From contig JAJDHH010000001.1 in NCBI GenBank assembly GCA_030266105.1, positions 29,402 through 93,401 on the forward strand: a stretch of 64,000 nucleotides of DNA. The letters run 5' to 3'. Positions within the stretch are counted from its first letter, which is position 1. Each line of letters begins with the position of its first letter. The DNA comes from Eubacteriales bacterium OttesenSCG-928-K08 (GTDB lineage: Bacteria; Bacillota; Clostridia; Christensenellales; CAG-138). This document shows positions 27,998-38,869 of this stretch, piece by piece. Under the pieces are notes generated by a model. That model had not been told where the DNA came from, did not search any database, and saw only the letters and a list, made by a program, of their open reading frames with translations. Both the position numbers and the translations under genes were made by a program.

Positions 27998-28394
27998 CGC
28001 TTATTTTGCAGGAACCTTAAGGGAAGAAAGCTGGAACGACCACGAAGCGCAAAAACAGGCCGCACTTAATGATGCGTCAAGCATGATTTCGCGGCTTGTT
28101 TTTTCATCGCGCCCCCCCACCTCAAGCATCGATAATGCAATATACGAGCAAGCATATTGCTTACTCGAAATGCCACTGGAAATGATGGAACGACAGCGGA
28201 ATATCTTATCGGGGATGAAAAGCTTCACCGCGAGCAAATATTCCGAAACCCTGCAGGATGCGGATACGCTTAGCAACATCATAGGCGGCATTGCGTTTTG
28301 TCCCGCAGCTTTGAGTTGGCTATCAAAATACCTTGCGCCAAAAACAAAGGCTAAATCTGGGAAAATCATGAACGGGAGGGGATATTGTGGCTAG
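27975..28394 (+). CDS. head-tail connector (gp6-like)
   Basis: ATG at 27975 (MATLEGANAYFAG...). Position and size typical of head-tail adaptors. Confidence 0.55.
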   Translation: MATLEGANAYFAGTLREESWNDHEAQKQAALNDASSMISRLVFSSRPPTSSIDNAIYEQAYCLLEMPLEMMERQRNILSGMKSFTASKYSETLQDADTLSNIIGGIAFCPAALSWLSKYLAPKTKAKSGKIMNGRGYCG

Positions 28395-28737
28395 TCCGAT
28401 GCCTATATTTCTCCTCCCCCACTCCTGCACCCATCTATACGGGGAAAAAACCAGCGATGAATGGGGCAACGAAACGTATTCGAACTCGCAGGAGCTTACA
28501 AGGGTGCGATTTGAACCATCCAGCAAGCTTGTAAAAACGAGAGACAATCAGGAAGTGCAGCTATCTATGCTGTGCTTTTTTGATTGCGTAAATTCGACGC
28601 CGCAGGGCTGGCGGTTTCATCTTGCCGAAAGCGTGGGAGATGGGATTGTGTGGGACGGGATGCCGTTTGAAATTGCGACCATCGATGCGATCTATACGGC
28701 GCAAACGCTACACCATTATGAATTGGGGTTGATCTAA
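28387..28737 (+). CDS. head closure / minor capsid protein
   Basis: 116 aa, overlapping neighbours in the head-tail joining block. Confidence 0.5.
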   Translation: MASPMPIFLLPHSCTHLYGEKTSDEWGNETYSNSQELTRVRFEPSSKLVKTRDNQEVQLSMLCFFDCVNSTPQGWRFHLAESVGDGIVWDGMPFEIATIDAIYTAQTLHHYELGLI

Positions 28738-29096
28738 TGAGCTTGACTGGCAGCGTTGAGGTACGAACAAATAGGGCTGATCTTCTCGTAAAAGTAAAAG
28801 AATTTTGCGCAACAGGAACCGAAATTATCACGCATGAGTTTTTGGATGACGCTAATTTTTATGCGAGAGTACAGAGCGGCGAGTTGATGAATAGCGGCAT
28901 CCGCTACACAGACTTCAAAAATGGGATTGTAAGGTGGAGAACGCCCTATGCGCGGCGGGTGTATTACACAGGGTTCCCGAGAAAGAACAAGAACATCAAC
29001 GCCAGTATTTTATGGGCGGAGCGTGCACGAAAAGAGAATTCCGAGAAGTATAAGCGCATGCTTCAAAAAATGGTTGGAGGGACTGAGGATGCTTGA
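28737..29096 (+). CDS. head-tail joining protein (HK97 gp10-like position)
   Basis: 119 aa, ATGA overlap with the upstream gene. Confidence 0.5.
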   Translation: MSLTGSVEVRTNRADLLVKVKEFCATGTEIITHEFLDDANFYARVQSGELMNSGIRYTDFKNGIVRWRTPYARRVYYTGFPRKNKNINASILWAERARKENSEKYKRMLQKMVGGTEDA

Positions 29097-29490
29097 CGCT
29101 GTTTTTCAGGCCGTGCGAGATATGGCAATAGCATTTTGCACCCCATACAAAACAATAGATTCTGGTGCAATGCCAAAGGACAATGGCCTTGCCATGTTTT
29201 TAGGGCCAGGAGCGCCGACCGATACGTACCTGGACCGCGCAACAACCGATAGCATCACGATAGCATTAAACGGCAAGCACAGCAAGCAACAGGTTGTGCT
29301 TGCTGCACTATCTAACATCCACCACGCGCTTTCAGTTTTGGATGCATATCCAGAGGGCGACGGGTGGAAAATTCTCGAAATCGAAACATCCGCGCGACCG
29401 AGCTATGTTGATCGCGAAGATAGCGGATCAAAGCAGTGGATATATGGTTCGCTGCTAAATGTAACAGTATATTTTAAAGGAGTGTGTTAA
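29089..29490 (+). CDS. tail completion protein
   Basis: ATG at 29089 (MLDAVFQAV...), 133 aa, immediately upstream of the major tail gene. Confidence 0.5.
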   Translation: MLDAVFQAVRDMAIAFCTPYKTIDSGAMPKDNGLAMFLGPGAPTDTYLDRATTDSITIALNGKHSKQQVVLAALSNIHHALSVLDAYPEGDGWKILEIETSARPSYVDREDSGSKQWIYGSLLNVTVYFKGVC

Positions 29491-29940
29491 ATGCCAGAGG
29501 GAGTTGAATTGGTATATCAAAATAAGCTAGAGTTCGATATAACGCCCACAGAGGCCCAGCCTACGTGGGCGCAAGTATGCAAGGGCTTTACTGATGTTTC
29601 GGAGAGCCTTAATGAGGTGGTTGAACAGTTTTCATACCTATGTTCTGAGGGATGGGGATATTCCGAGGTGGTTGGAGGGCAATACACTAATACGCTTACG
29701 GGGCACAGGTATATTGGGGACGCATTTCAGGATTGGCTTTTTGATCCCGAAGTGCAACTTAAATTTGGATCCTCTCGCAAAACGCGTATGCGCATTACAT
29801 CAAAGTCAGGGCTTATTGTAGTGTGGGATGTAACGCTTGCAAATATCACTGCATCTGGCGGAAACGCGAGGGCAACCAACGCCATATCGGTTACGATCCA
29901 CGGAAACGGAGCGCCCGAAATAGAAACTGTAACACCATAG
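29491..29940 (+). CDS. major tail protein
   Basis: 149 aa, followed by a terminator-like hairpin and then chaperone and tape-measure genes. Confidence 0.6.
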   Translation: MPEGVELVYQNKLEFDITPTEAQPTWAQVCKGFTDVSESLNEVVEQFSYLCSEGWGYSEVVGGQYTNTLTGHRYIGDAFQDWLFDPEVQLKFGSSRKTRMRITSKSGLIVVWDVTLANITASGGNARATNAISVTIHGNGAPEIETVTP

Positions 29941-29966
29941 GGGCAGAAATGCCCCTTATTTTTTTG
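29940..29966 (+). terminator. hairpin plus T-run (partial terminator after the major tail gene)
   Basis: GGGGCA-gaaa-TGCCCC then TTATTTTTTT. Confidence 0.55.
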
Positions 29967-29980
29967 AAAGGATAAGGATT

Positions 29981-30367
29981 ATGTTCGCATACAGATTAAA
30001 ACGTGAAAAAAGCATAAAAAGGCGCATTTTGCTTGGCGACAAGAAGCTTTGCATCGTAATCAATTTAGAACGATGCGCCTTAGAATTTTCTAGGCGCGAA
30101 GCGGAGTGGAACGCTTGCATGCGCGCTGCAAAAAATAACCCCAACTCTCAAGAAGCGTATCAAAAGCTAGGAGAGGCTATTATAAATATGCTCTCTTTTT
30201 TGTTCGGCGAGGAAAATGCCTCAAGCATACTAGAGTTTTATGAGGGCAATTATGGCGAGCTTGTTAAGCAGATTTCCCCGTTCATTGTAAAAAAAATCGC
30301 GCCGCCTATGCGGAGGGCGATTAGCAAAATGCGAAAATCCCGCATCAATGGGTACACACAAGCATGA
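29981..30367 (+). CDS. tail assembly chaperone
   Basis: 128 aa, between the major tail and tape measure genes. Confidence 0.5.
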   Translation: MFAYRLKREKSIKRRILLGDKKLCIVINLERCALEFSRREAEWNACMRAAKNNPNSQEAYQKLGEAIINMLSFLFGEENASSILEFYEGNYGELVKQISPFIVKKIAPPMRRAISKMRKSRINGYTQA

Positions 30368-30981
30368 TCGCGCGAAGGCTCCCGCAACGCATCGTGTTTG
30401 AGGGAAAAACATATCGGATCAAACTATATTTTCCGCGAGTATTACGCCTATTTGAAATGATGCGCGATGATGAAATTCCAGACATGGTAAAGCTGAGAGA
30501 GGCGGTAGGTTTACTTGCTGGTGCAAGGGCTAAGTTGCTCCCGACAGATAAGCAGGCGCGACTTTACAAGGAAATATTTGATCAATTTATTGTAACGAAT
30601 ACAGGCACTGATGAATCCATCCCGCGAGCGCTGGATTTTTCTTTTGACGCGCCGTACATTTATGCGGCGTTTTTGCAAGCGTATCAAATTAATCTTACAA
30701 AGCAAAGAAAACTGGATTGGCGTTTATTTATGGCGCTGCTTCGAGCATTGCCGGAGGGCACTAAGATGCGCGAGATTATCTCCGTGCGCACAAGGCCGAT
30801 ACCGACCCCCACAAAATATAACGCAGATGAAATCCTCAACTTACAGCGCGCTAAAGCGACTTTTGCAATCCCGCTAACAGATGCGGAGGCAGCGGAACAA
30901 TTTCAGCGCGGTTTAGATCGCATGGTTGATCGAATTACGGCACTAGCAAAGGCAGGTGAAGCGAGTGGCAAAAAAGGGTGA
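30364..30981 (+). CDS. Gp15-like tail assembly protein
   Basis: 205 aa, N-terminus IVFEGKTYRIKLYFPRVLRLFEMMRDDEI resembles the Bacteriophage Gp15 family. Confidence 0.55.
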   Translation: MIARRLPQRIVFEGKTYRIKLYFPRVLRLFEMMRDDEIPDMVKLREAVGLLAGARAKLLPTDKQARLYKEIFDQFIVTNTGTDESIPRALDFSFDAPYIYAAFLQAYQINLTKQRKLDWRLFMALLRALPEGTKMREIISVRTRPIPTPTKYNADEILNLQRAKATFAIPLTDAEAAEQFQRGLDRMVDRITALAKAGEASGKKG

Positions 30982-33352
30982 CGGCGAAGTCGTATATTAT
31001 GTGCGAATAGGCGATGATTACGTCGAGGCGGATCTAAATAAATCAGAACAAAAAATAAAGGGGAGCGCTGGAAGGATAGGCTCCTTTTTTGCAGCCGCAG
31101 CGACAGCCGTTGCTACGGCGGCAGTTGCTGTTGGTGGTGCGGCGTTAAAAGTCGGCATGGATTTTGAAAAAGGCATGTCGCAAGTCGCTGCCACCATGGG
31201 ATATACTGCCGACGAGTTAAGCGATAGCACCTCCCAGGCTTCGCAAAATTTTGCACGGTTAGAACAAGCGGCACGAGATGCGGGCGCAACGACAAAATAC
31301 AGCGCAACCGAAGCATCAGAAGCGCTAAACTATCTTGCCCTAGCCGGATACGACGTTGAAAAAAGCGTTGCAGTGTTGCCTAAAATGCTTAATGCAGCAA
31401 GTGCGGCTAATGTCGAGCTTGCATACATGTCCGACCTCGTAACGGACGGAATGAGTGCTCTCGGGCTTGAAATCAAAGATTTAGACTCTTTCCTTGATCA
31501 AATGACGCGCACATCGCAGCGCTCAAATACTAGCATGGCGCAGCTGGGTGAAGCACAATTGACCGTAGGCGGCACAGCTAAGGTGCTCAAGGGCGGCACT
31601 GTTGAGCTAAATGCTGCGCTCGGTGTACTGGCCGATAATGGAATAAAGGGCAGTGAGGGCGGCACAGCGCTTAGAAATATTATCTTATCATTGACCGCCC
31701 CCACCTCAAAAGCCGCAAAGTCTATACAGGCGCTAGGGGTAGAAGTTTTTGATGTCGAAGGTAATATGCGAGATATTTCAGAGGTTATGGCTGATTTCAA
31801 TCTTGCATTATCGGGCATGTCGGAAGGACAAAAAACAGAAGCCCTCAATAATATATTTAACAAGGTTGATCTAAAGTCAGTTTCTGCGCTTATGTCCTCT
31901 ACAGCGGGATCGACCTACGAACTGTCCGAGGCGCTGCTTTATTCAAACAATATTATATCTGGTGGCGGGATAGATCTTGCCCCCGAATATATCAAGGAAT
32001 ACGCGGAATGGCTAAAAGAAGCCGGCGGAGAGGCAAGGGTTGCGGCTGAATTAAACAAAGACTATACACTTTCTGCGGAAGAAACGGCTGCTGTAATTGA
32101 AAGTCTTGGTCGCTACGCAGAAAATGCCGGATCAAGATTTGAACATCTTACCGACGAGATTGTTAATAGTGCAGGCGCAACCGAGGCGGCTGCTAAAACG
32201 CAGGAAGATAACCTCAAGGGCATGGTGACGGTTATCAAATCTCAGCTGGAGGAGCTTGGTATCCAGCTGTATCAAGGAATTGAGGAGCCGCTTAAAGCAG
32301 CCACAGCGACTGTTTCAGAATTTTTGCAGGAAATGTCCGATACTGGGGTTGTCGACGAGCTTGCACAGTCAATCGGATCTCTAGGATCAACGCTTGCGAC
32401 ATCATTGGTGGCTCTCTTGCCGGTATTGATAGAGCTTATCAACGGACTGTTGCCGCCCTTGATGCAAATCATCTCAACACTGTTGCCGCCCGCGATTGAG
32501 CTATTTTCCGCGCTGGCCGAGCCTCTCATGAAAATGGTAGGCGATATTTTGCCGGTGCTTATTGATCTTTTTACGACGATCATAGCTCCGATCATGGAAA
32601 TTGCACAAGTATTGCTGCCCGTATTTGTGGAGGTAGCAAATGCGCTCCTTGAGCCACTGCTTGAGCTTATAAAGGACATCATGCCGGTCTTGATCGAATT
32701 TTTACAAATGGTGATCCCTATTTGGAAGCAATTAGCAGAGATCATTAAAGCACTCACGCCGGTAATAAGTGCTCTGGCTGAAATTTTAACCGGTGTGCTT
32801 TTTGATGCGCTACAGGGCGTAATGGGTTACGTTGAGCAGGTGATGTCCATATTCGGCGGGCTTATCGACTTTATTGCCGGAGTTTTCACGGGCAACTGGG
32901 AGCTAGCGTGGAGCGGCATTGTAAATATATTCAAGGGGATTATCAACATAATTCCCGCCGCGCTGGAGGGTGTCGTCAACGGCGCTATAGCCATGATCAA
33001 TGGGCTGATCAAAGGAGTAAACAAGGTTGCGGGAGCACTTGGCCTTGGAGAAATCAGCTTAATAGGAAACGTTAGCATACCGCGATTTCAGGCCGGGCTT
33101 GACTACGTTCCCAATGATAATTTCCTTATGTACGCAGATAAGGGCGAAGCGGTGCTTACTGCCCCGGAGGCGGCAGAGTGGCGAGAGGCACGCGCAGCAT
33201 CTACCGCTATCACCAGCACGCAAACATCATCAACAAATATCGGAAGCCTCACCATCAACCCCAACGCAGAGCAATGGGCCGAGCTTATGCAGATCGTGCA
33301 GTACGCCCACAGCGCAGAGCAGATGGACAGGGCAGGCATTTATGAAGTATAG
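30956..33352 (+). CDS. tail tape measure protein
   Basis: 798 aa, Ala/Leu-rich helical, with the core block TTKYSATEASEALNYLALAGYD. GTG start. Confidence 0.85.
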   Translation: MKRVAKKGDGEVVYYVRIGDDYVEADLNKSEQKIKGSAGRIGSFFAAAATAVATAAVAVGGAALKVGMDFEKGMSQVAATMGYTADELSDSTSQASQNFARLEQAARDAGATTKYSATEASEALNYLALAGYDVEKSVAVLPKMLNAASAANVELAYMSDLVTDGMSALGLEIKDLDSFLDQMTRTSQRSNTSMAQLGEAQLTVGGTAKVLKGGTVELNAALGVLADNGIKGSEGGTALRNIILSLTAPTSKAAKSIQALGVEVFDVEGNMRDISEVMADFNLALSGMSEGQKTEALNNIFNKVDLKSVSALMSSTAGSTYELSEALLYSNNIISGGGIDLAPEYIKEYAEWLKEAGGEARVAAELNKDYTLSAEETAAVIESLGRYAENAGSRFEHLTDEIVNSAGATEAAAKTQEDNLKGMVTVIKSQLEELGIQLYQGIEEPLKAATATVSEFLQEMSDTGVVDELAQSIGSLGSTLATSLVALLPVLIELINGLLPPLMQIISTLLPPAIELFSALAEPLMKMVGDILPVLIDLFTTIIAPIMEIAQVLLPVFVEVANALLEPLLELIKDIMPVLIEFLQMVIPIWKQLAEIIKALTPVISALAEILTGVLFDALQGVMGYVEQVMSIFGGLIDFIAGVFTGNWELAWSGIVNIFKGIINIIPAALEGVVNGAIAMINGLIKGVNKVAGALGLGEISLIGNVSIPRFQAGLDYVPNDNFLMYADKGEAVLTAPEAAEWREARAASTAITSTQTSSTNIGSLTINPNAEQWAELMQIVQYAHSAEQMDRAGIYEV

Positions 33353-33360
33353 GAGGAAAT

Positions 33361-35469
33361 ATGGCAGATACCATAAAGATTTTATGTAATCAATGCAATG
33401 AGCTGCGCAGCGATCAGCCGGATGCAGCTATAACCGGCGCAACGTTAGCGCCATACTTAAGTGCTGCGGGCGGGGGTGCTGTAAGAGCGCTTGCAATGAA
33501 ATTCGCCGATTTTCCCGCCAGTGCCGCAGGCAAGGCTATAACCGGCGCAAGGTTTGGGCTGTATTCGGCACTTTTTTACACAAATTCATCCGGCTTGTTC
33601 TTGGGGTTTGACATTAACCATGTTGAGCGGGAAGATAAGCCGCCATGGACAAGCGAAACGGGCGCATGGAACAATTTATACGCCGAGGTTACGCGCATTG
33701 GCGGCATACCCAATGCTAGCATTGGCGTGCCCGCGTGGAAAACGCTTGACTTGGATTTGAACGATTTTAAGGAGTGGTTTCCCCTTGTGCAATCCCGCGA
33801 TTTTATGTCGTACTTGCACGTATATCCAACGCCCACACGCCCCTTATCGGCATCGGATATAGCGTATACACAGGTGCGCACGAACCTCTATAGCGGCTTT
33901 GAGCCGTATCTGGAGTTTGATCTTGAAAACCCCGAACTGGCGATGTATGTAAAATCATTGCCGGTTTTTGTGGACGCGACCGAAATCGCAACATTTGAGT
34001 GGCGTGCAGAGGATTTTGAGGGCCGATACGTGATCGGCGGGATATCTTTTACAGGCGCAACATTTTCATGGGGCGTGGACAGTGATGATGAGAATACAAT
34101 CGCCGTCCCAGCGCCGCATAATTTCCTGGCCGTCCCTGCCGGTACGTTCCCAGAGGGCAAAGAAATCAAGTATAAGATATCCGTAACTACAGCGGCATCC
34201 TCCGCTGAATTTACCGGGACATTTTCCACGAGCGACACCCTGCCCCGGTCGGCTCCGGACTACCCGCGCAGGAATTATGTTGCGATAAACGAGCCTATCA
34301 CATTTATGTGGTCGCACCGAAACGATAGCGGCACGGCGCCGTCAAAAAGCGAGCTACGATACTCTACGGACGGCAGCACATTTGAGTTTCTGGCCTCCGT
34401 GCTGGGCAGCGACCTGTCTATCACAATAGGCGCAAATACGCTTCCCTCCGGCAATCTGTGGTGGCATGTGCGGACATTTAGTAAAACCGGCGATCCGGGG
34501 CCGTGGAGCGATGCAGTACCCTTTGTGGGCCGTGGCGCTCCTGCTGTGCCTGCAATCGTTGCCATATCAAACGAGCCGAGACCCACCGTAAATTGGCAGG
34601 CAGTCGGACAGGTATCTTACCGCTTAACCGTTACAAAGGACGATGCGGTAATATACGATACCGGCGAGATTGCGGGAGAGGATCACGCGCATATGGTGCA
34701 AGACTATCTTGCGCTTGGCACATACACAGTGGCCGTAGCCGTAAAAAATACCGATCAGCTATGGTCGGAGTGGGCAACTCAAACTATTACATTAGACTAT
34801 CCCGCTGTAATACCGCCCACGATCAGCGCGCAAAGCATAAAAAATGGAGCGCTCATAATCGTGGAGACCTCGCCCATGGATGCGCAATATCTGTACTTGC
34901 TGCGCGACGGCGTGCCCATAGCCTTAATCGACAAGGGCACAATGCAGTACATCGACTATGCCTGGAACGGATCGGCGCTGTATGTGGTGCGTGCGGTGAC
35001 AAGTGCAGACCTTTTTGCAGACAGCGAAGCGGTGCTGTGTGAAACCAAAATTGACTGCGCGCAGATCGCCCCTGCCGATGCGCCAGAGGATATGCTGATG
35101 ATGGCGATGTATCCCGCCGGGCAGCCTGCTTTCTCGCGGCGCAAAACATACGAGGCCAGCAAACAGCGCTATGCAGGCCGTGAGCACCCCGTGATAACGT
35201 ATAGCGGGTTTGCAGATGAGGAATACACGCCGAGCTTCTCGTTTGACACCACGGGCGATATGCGTAAGCTGAACGCCATGGCCGATGTGCGCGGTACAAT
35301 CCTGTACCGGGATTGCATGGGCAACCGTTACTACGGTGCGATAACCGGCATCACAGAGACGCAGGAAGTGTATGACAATCAGGATGGATGCTCAAGGCAT
35401 GATTTTAGCCTGACCATAAGCCGCGTGAGCCACGTTGAGAAAATCGAATATCTGGAGCCTATGCCGTGA
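33361..35469 (+). CDS. distal tail / baseplate protein with Fn3-like insertions
   Basis: 702 aa, first gene after the tape measure. Confidence 0.55.
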   Translation: MADTIKILCNQCNELRSDQPDAAITGATLAPYLSAAGGGAVRALAMKFADFPASAAGKAITGARFGLYSALFYTNSSGLFLGFDINHVEREDKPPWTSETGAWNNLYAEVTRIGGIPNASIGVPAWKTLDLDLNDFKEWFPLVQSRDFMSYLHVYPTPTRPLSASDIAYTQVRTNLYSGFEPYLEFDLENPELAMYVKSLPVFVDATEIATFEWRAEDFEGRYVIGGISFTGATFSWGVDSDDENTIAVPAPHNFLAVPAGTFPEGKEIKYKISVTTAASSAEFTGTFSTSDTLPRSAPDYPRRNYVAINEPITFMWSHRNDSGTAPSKSELRYSTDGSTFEFLASVLGSDLSITIGANTLPSGNLWWHVRTFSKTGDPGPWSDAVPFVGRGAPAVPAIVAISNEPRPTVNWQAVGQVSYRLTVTKDDAVIYDTGEIAGEDHAHMVQDYLALGTYTVAVAVKNTDQLWSEWATQTITLDYPAVIPPTISAQSIKNGALIIVETSPMDAQYLYLLRDGVPIALIDKGTMQYIDYAWNGSALYVVRAVTSADLFADSEAVLCETKIDCAQIAPADAPEDMLMMAMYPAGQPAFSRRKTYEASKQRYAGREHPVITYSGFADEEYTPSFSFDTTGDMRKLNAMADVRGTILYRDCMGNRYYGAITGITETQEVYDNQDGCSRHDFSLTISRVSHVEKIEYLEPMP

Positions 35470-36824
35470 TAAAAGCGGCCAGGCAGGGCTGGACGGAACA
35501 GGAAATACTCGACCGCATACACGCGGCAAGCGGCACGAAGGAAGTACGGTTCCGTTTTGACGTCCTCCGCAACGGGGCCACAGTAAGGAGTGTGCAGGCG
35601 AGTGGCAGCATAACGCTTAATCGTTTTGCCAACATCCAGCGCACCGCGCAGTTTGTGCTGCACGAGGAGCTGGACTGGCTTAATGAGATGCTAATGCCGT
35701 ATATGCTCATACGCATGGACGCGCCACAAACTCCCCCAGCCTTTGCGCTAACGTGGGATGAGCGTGACGCAATGGACTTATCATGGGATGAGTGGGACGC
35801 GCTCAATTATGCGTGGAACACCATGGATAACGCGCCTGTGCCTACAGGCTGCCATGACATTGGGGCATGGGACGACCGAGAGAAACTAAATCTGATGTGG
35901 CAGGAGTGGGACGACCTTGATCTTACATGGGATGAGTTGGACAGGGGCATTTTGTGCTTTAGCAACCAAACGGAGTACTGGGCAGAGTTTCCGCTGGGGC
36001 TGTTTATTTTGTCCTCGCCCAAGCGCGACAGCAAAAACGGCCTCAACACATGGACAGTATCAGCCTACGACCGCACAGTAATCCTCGCGGAGGATGGAAT
36101 AACTCAGCCTTGGTATATACCCGTTGGCACGGCGTATATGGATGCGATCCAAACCCTGCTGATCAGCGCGGGCATCGATGCGGTGATCGTTGATGGTGAG
36201 AGCGATGCGGTGCTAAAAACGGCACGCGAATTTGACCCCGGAACCAGCAAGCGAAGCATAATCAATACGCTGCTGTCCGAGATCAACTGGAACAGTATAT
36301 ACTGCAATGCTGACGGGATATTTGTGCTATCGCCCTACACCGTGCCATCTGAGAGCGATGTATCTTACATATATCGCGTGGATGAGCTATCGATTATAAG
36401 CAGAGATACAGCTAGCGAGGCGGACTACTACAACGTGCCCAATGTATTTTTGGCGATTGTGAGCAACCCGGAGCTAGAGGAGGACTACACCGCGACGTGG
36501 GAAAACCATGATCCGCTGTCGCCGCTATCCATCGAAAACAGGGGGCGGCGAATTGTAACAAACCCTCCTTACCAGCCTGAGTCCACATCCTCCCAAGCTG
36601 CACTTGATGCTTACGTGGAAAGGCTTGCATTTGAGGCGAATCAAATCTACGAAAAGCTATCAATATCCACCGCGATTAACCCGTTGCATGAGCGTGCGGA
36701 CGTGATCGAGATAAAGGATCATCCGGACGACATAAACGGTGTGTGGGTTGAGTCGAGCTGGGCAATCAATCTGTCGCACGAGGACAAAATGACGCATAAC
36801 TTTAGGAGGCTTGTAACGATATGA
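35466..36824 (+). CDS. tail-associated (Tal/baseplate) protein
   Basis: 452 aa, second gene after the tape measure. Contains a Trp/Asp-rich repeat insertion. Confidence 0.55.
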   Translation: MIKAARQGWTEQEILDRIHAASGTKEVRFRFDVLRNGATVRSVQASGSITLNRFANIQRTAQFVLHEELDWLNEMLMPYMLIRMDAPQTPPAFALTWDERDAMDLSWDEWDALNYAWNTMDNAPVPTGCHDIGAWDDREKLNLMWQEWDDLDLTWDELDRGILCFSNQTEYWAEFPLGLFILSSPKRDSKNGLNTWTVSAYDRTVILAEDGITQPWYIPVGTAYMDAIQTLLISAGIDAVIVDGESDAVLKTAREFDPGTSKRSIINTLLSEINWNSIYCNADGIFVLSPYTVPSESDVSYIYRVDELSIISRDTASEADYYNVPNVFLAIVSNPELEEDYTATWENHDPLSPLSIENRGRRIVTNPPYQPESTSSQAALDAYVERLAFEANQIYEKLSISTAINPLHERADVIEIKDHPDDINGVWVESSWAINLSHEDKMTHNFRRLVTI

Positions 36825-37075
36825 CGCGAAAAAACCCATTTTTGCAGGCGAAAAGCGATGATCTAAAAGGCGGCGAACCGAGAAAGACAACAAACACTTT
36901 GGCAACTGTGATAAGCGCGGACACAGAGGGCACGATTTTGCGGTTTGATGGCGAAACCGTTAGCCGCGAAAAGCCATATATGCGCTTATCCAGCTATGTG
37001 CCGTCTGCGGGCGACAGGGTGTTGCTCCTTGGCGCATCCGGCACGAGCGTAATACTTGGAAAGGTGGTGAAATAA
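36821..37075 (+). CDS. small tail-associated protein
   Basis: 84 aa, overlapping neighbours. Confidence 0.45.
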   Translation: MTRKNPFLQAKSDDLKGGEPRKTTNTLATVISADTEGTILRFDGETVSREKPYMRLSSYVPSAGDRVLLLGASGTSVILGKVVK

Positions 37076-38868
37076 TGGGCAGCAGCGGAAATACTGGCGC
37101 ACCGTTAAATCTTAACCAATGGGTTGGCTCAGACCATCCAAAGAGGGTAGATTTTAACGAGGACAACCGAAAAACAAACCAACTGGCAGGTACTCTCTTA
37201 GAAACTGAGGCTATTATTGAGGGTAACGAGGCCCAGCGCAAAGCTAACGAGCTTGAGCGTCAGGACAACGAGATAACCCGCCAAACATCCGAGGCTGCCC
37301 GCGTTGCGGCTGAGACTGCCCGTGCGGCTGCGGAAACCGCGCGCATTGCGGCTGAGAATGCCCGCGCAACCGCCGAAACCGCTCGCCAAAGCTACTATAA
37401 CGCATACCGCGTTATGGAAAACTACAGCGCCTCAAAAAGCTATGTGCCGGGCAACAAGGTGCAATACAACGGCAGCACCTACCAGTGCATCGCGGCCAGC
37501 AAGGGCAATGCCCCGCCTAACGCCACCTACTGGCAGCTGGTTGCCGCAAAGGGCGCATCCGGGGACGGCAGCGGCGACATGGTGGTGGCCGACTATGGCG
37601 GCAGTGATGGCAACACCGTGCGCAATGCGGATAGCCTTGGTGGCAAGCCTGCTGCGCAATACGTGCTGGTGCACGACGAGAGCACCGGCGCGATTGCGCA
37701 GATACAGGCCATTCGTGGCGCACCGCTATCCGTGAGCACAGAGGCCATTGCAACGCAATCTGGTGAGGGCGATCCCAGCCCGGATAACATCAGGCCGATT
37801 GTGGGGCGGGATAGTGTGGCGGTGAGTGTGGCGGGAAAAAATCTGTGTAGCTTAGATGGAGGGATTCAGAATGGCGCACAGGTGGAAATATCCATAGTGC
37901 AAGATAGGATACGAGTGACATCACAAGCAAGTGGAGCTATAACTCGATATGGAAAGATAAAAGTACCAGGCATAGGGCGGGCATATACTGGATCTACCAT
38001 AACGGTACGCGCGGACTGGCTTGCAAGCTCTACGCAAACCGGCGAGGTAAGGCTCGCATGGTTTTTGAAGGATTTTAGTGGCCTAGGATCGCTCGGAAAA
38101 ATATCAGCGTCCGGAGAGTCCGTTACGCTTGACATCACCGAAATGCCCAATGACGCAGAATGTCTCGGTTTTTTGGTATACGCGAACGCCGACGGCGGAA
38201 CTACTGCGTCGGGGGAATACATCGACTATAAAATTCAGATCGAGTTAGGCTCCACCTCCACCGCCTACGAACCCTACGCTGGCGCAATCTACCCCATAAC
38301 CATGCCGCAAACAATCTACGGCCTGCCGGATGCGCCGGATGTGGTGGATGTGGATGCCGGGCGGCTAATCGCAAATAGCTACCTGTACGAACACACTGGC
38401 AATGAAAACTGGTCGAACACATCAACTACCCCCGGTGCTGGATATATTGCCGTGGGCAGGTCGCTTACGCAAGCAACTAAAGTTAACACAATATGCAACG
38501 CGCTGCCGTATGCGCCCACACTACCGCCCATCAATTCCGAAAAGTTTACGGTAACGTCTAGCGGGACACTGCAGCTGGCGGTAAGCATCGCGCGACTTGC
38601 TGACTACGGAGCCACAGATGATCGCGCTACCCATCCCGCCGCCATAAAGGCGTGGCTGGCCGCACTGCATGCCGCAGGAACCCCTATGCAAATACTTTAT
38701 ACGCCGAATACCTCCGCCACTATACCATTCACGCCGCCCGAAATCGTGGCTGTAGACGGGCAAAACAATGTATGGTCGGACGGAGGAGGCATGACTACCG
38801 CAAAATACGATCTGGCAGATTATTTTGACAAATTTAACAACGCGCTAAATGCGCTGGCGGGGGTGTAG
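37075..38868 (+). CDS. tail fiber / receptor-binding protein
   Basis: Coiled-coil AAETARAAAETARIAAENARATAETAR, followed by a ChtBD3/CBM5-12-like motif YVPGNKVQYNGSTYQCIAASKGNAPPNATYWQLV. Confidence 0.7.
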   Translation: MGSSGNTGAPLNLNQWVGSDHPKRVDFNEDNRKTNQLAGTLLETEAIIEGNEAQRKANELERQDNEITRQTSEAARVAAETARAAAETARIAAENARATAETARQSYYNAYRVMENYSASKSYVPGNKVQYNGSTYQCIAASKGNAPPNATYWQLVAAKGASGDGSGDMVVADYGGSDGNTVRNADSLGGKPAAQYVLVHDESTGAIAQIQAIRGAPLSVSTEAIATQSGEGDPSPDNIRPIVGRDSVAVSVAGKNLCSLDGGIQNGAQVEISIVQDRIRVTSQASGAITRYGKIKVPGIGRAYTGSTITVRADWLASSTQTGEVRLAWFLKDFSGLGSLGKISASGESVTLDITEMPNDAECLGFLVYANADGGTTASGEYIDYKIQIELGSTSTAYEPYAGAIYPITMPQTIYGLPDAPDVVDVDAGRLIANSYLYEHTGNENWSNTSTTPGAGYIAVGRSLTQATKVNTICNALPYAPTLPPINSEKFTVTSSGTLQLAVSIARLADYGATDDRATHPAAIKAWLAALHAAGTPMQILYTPNTSATIPFTPPEIVAVDGQNNVWSDGGGMTTAKYDLADYFDKFNNALNALAGV

Positions 38869-38869
38869 C

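Noticed and set aside
29981-30981. Programmed -1 frameshift between the two tail assembly chaperone genes
   Set aside because: The genes join by a simple ATGA stop/start overlap at 30364-30367. I found no slippery heptamer in the overlap, and the second ORF has its own start.
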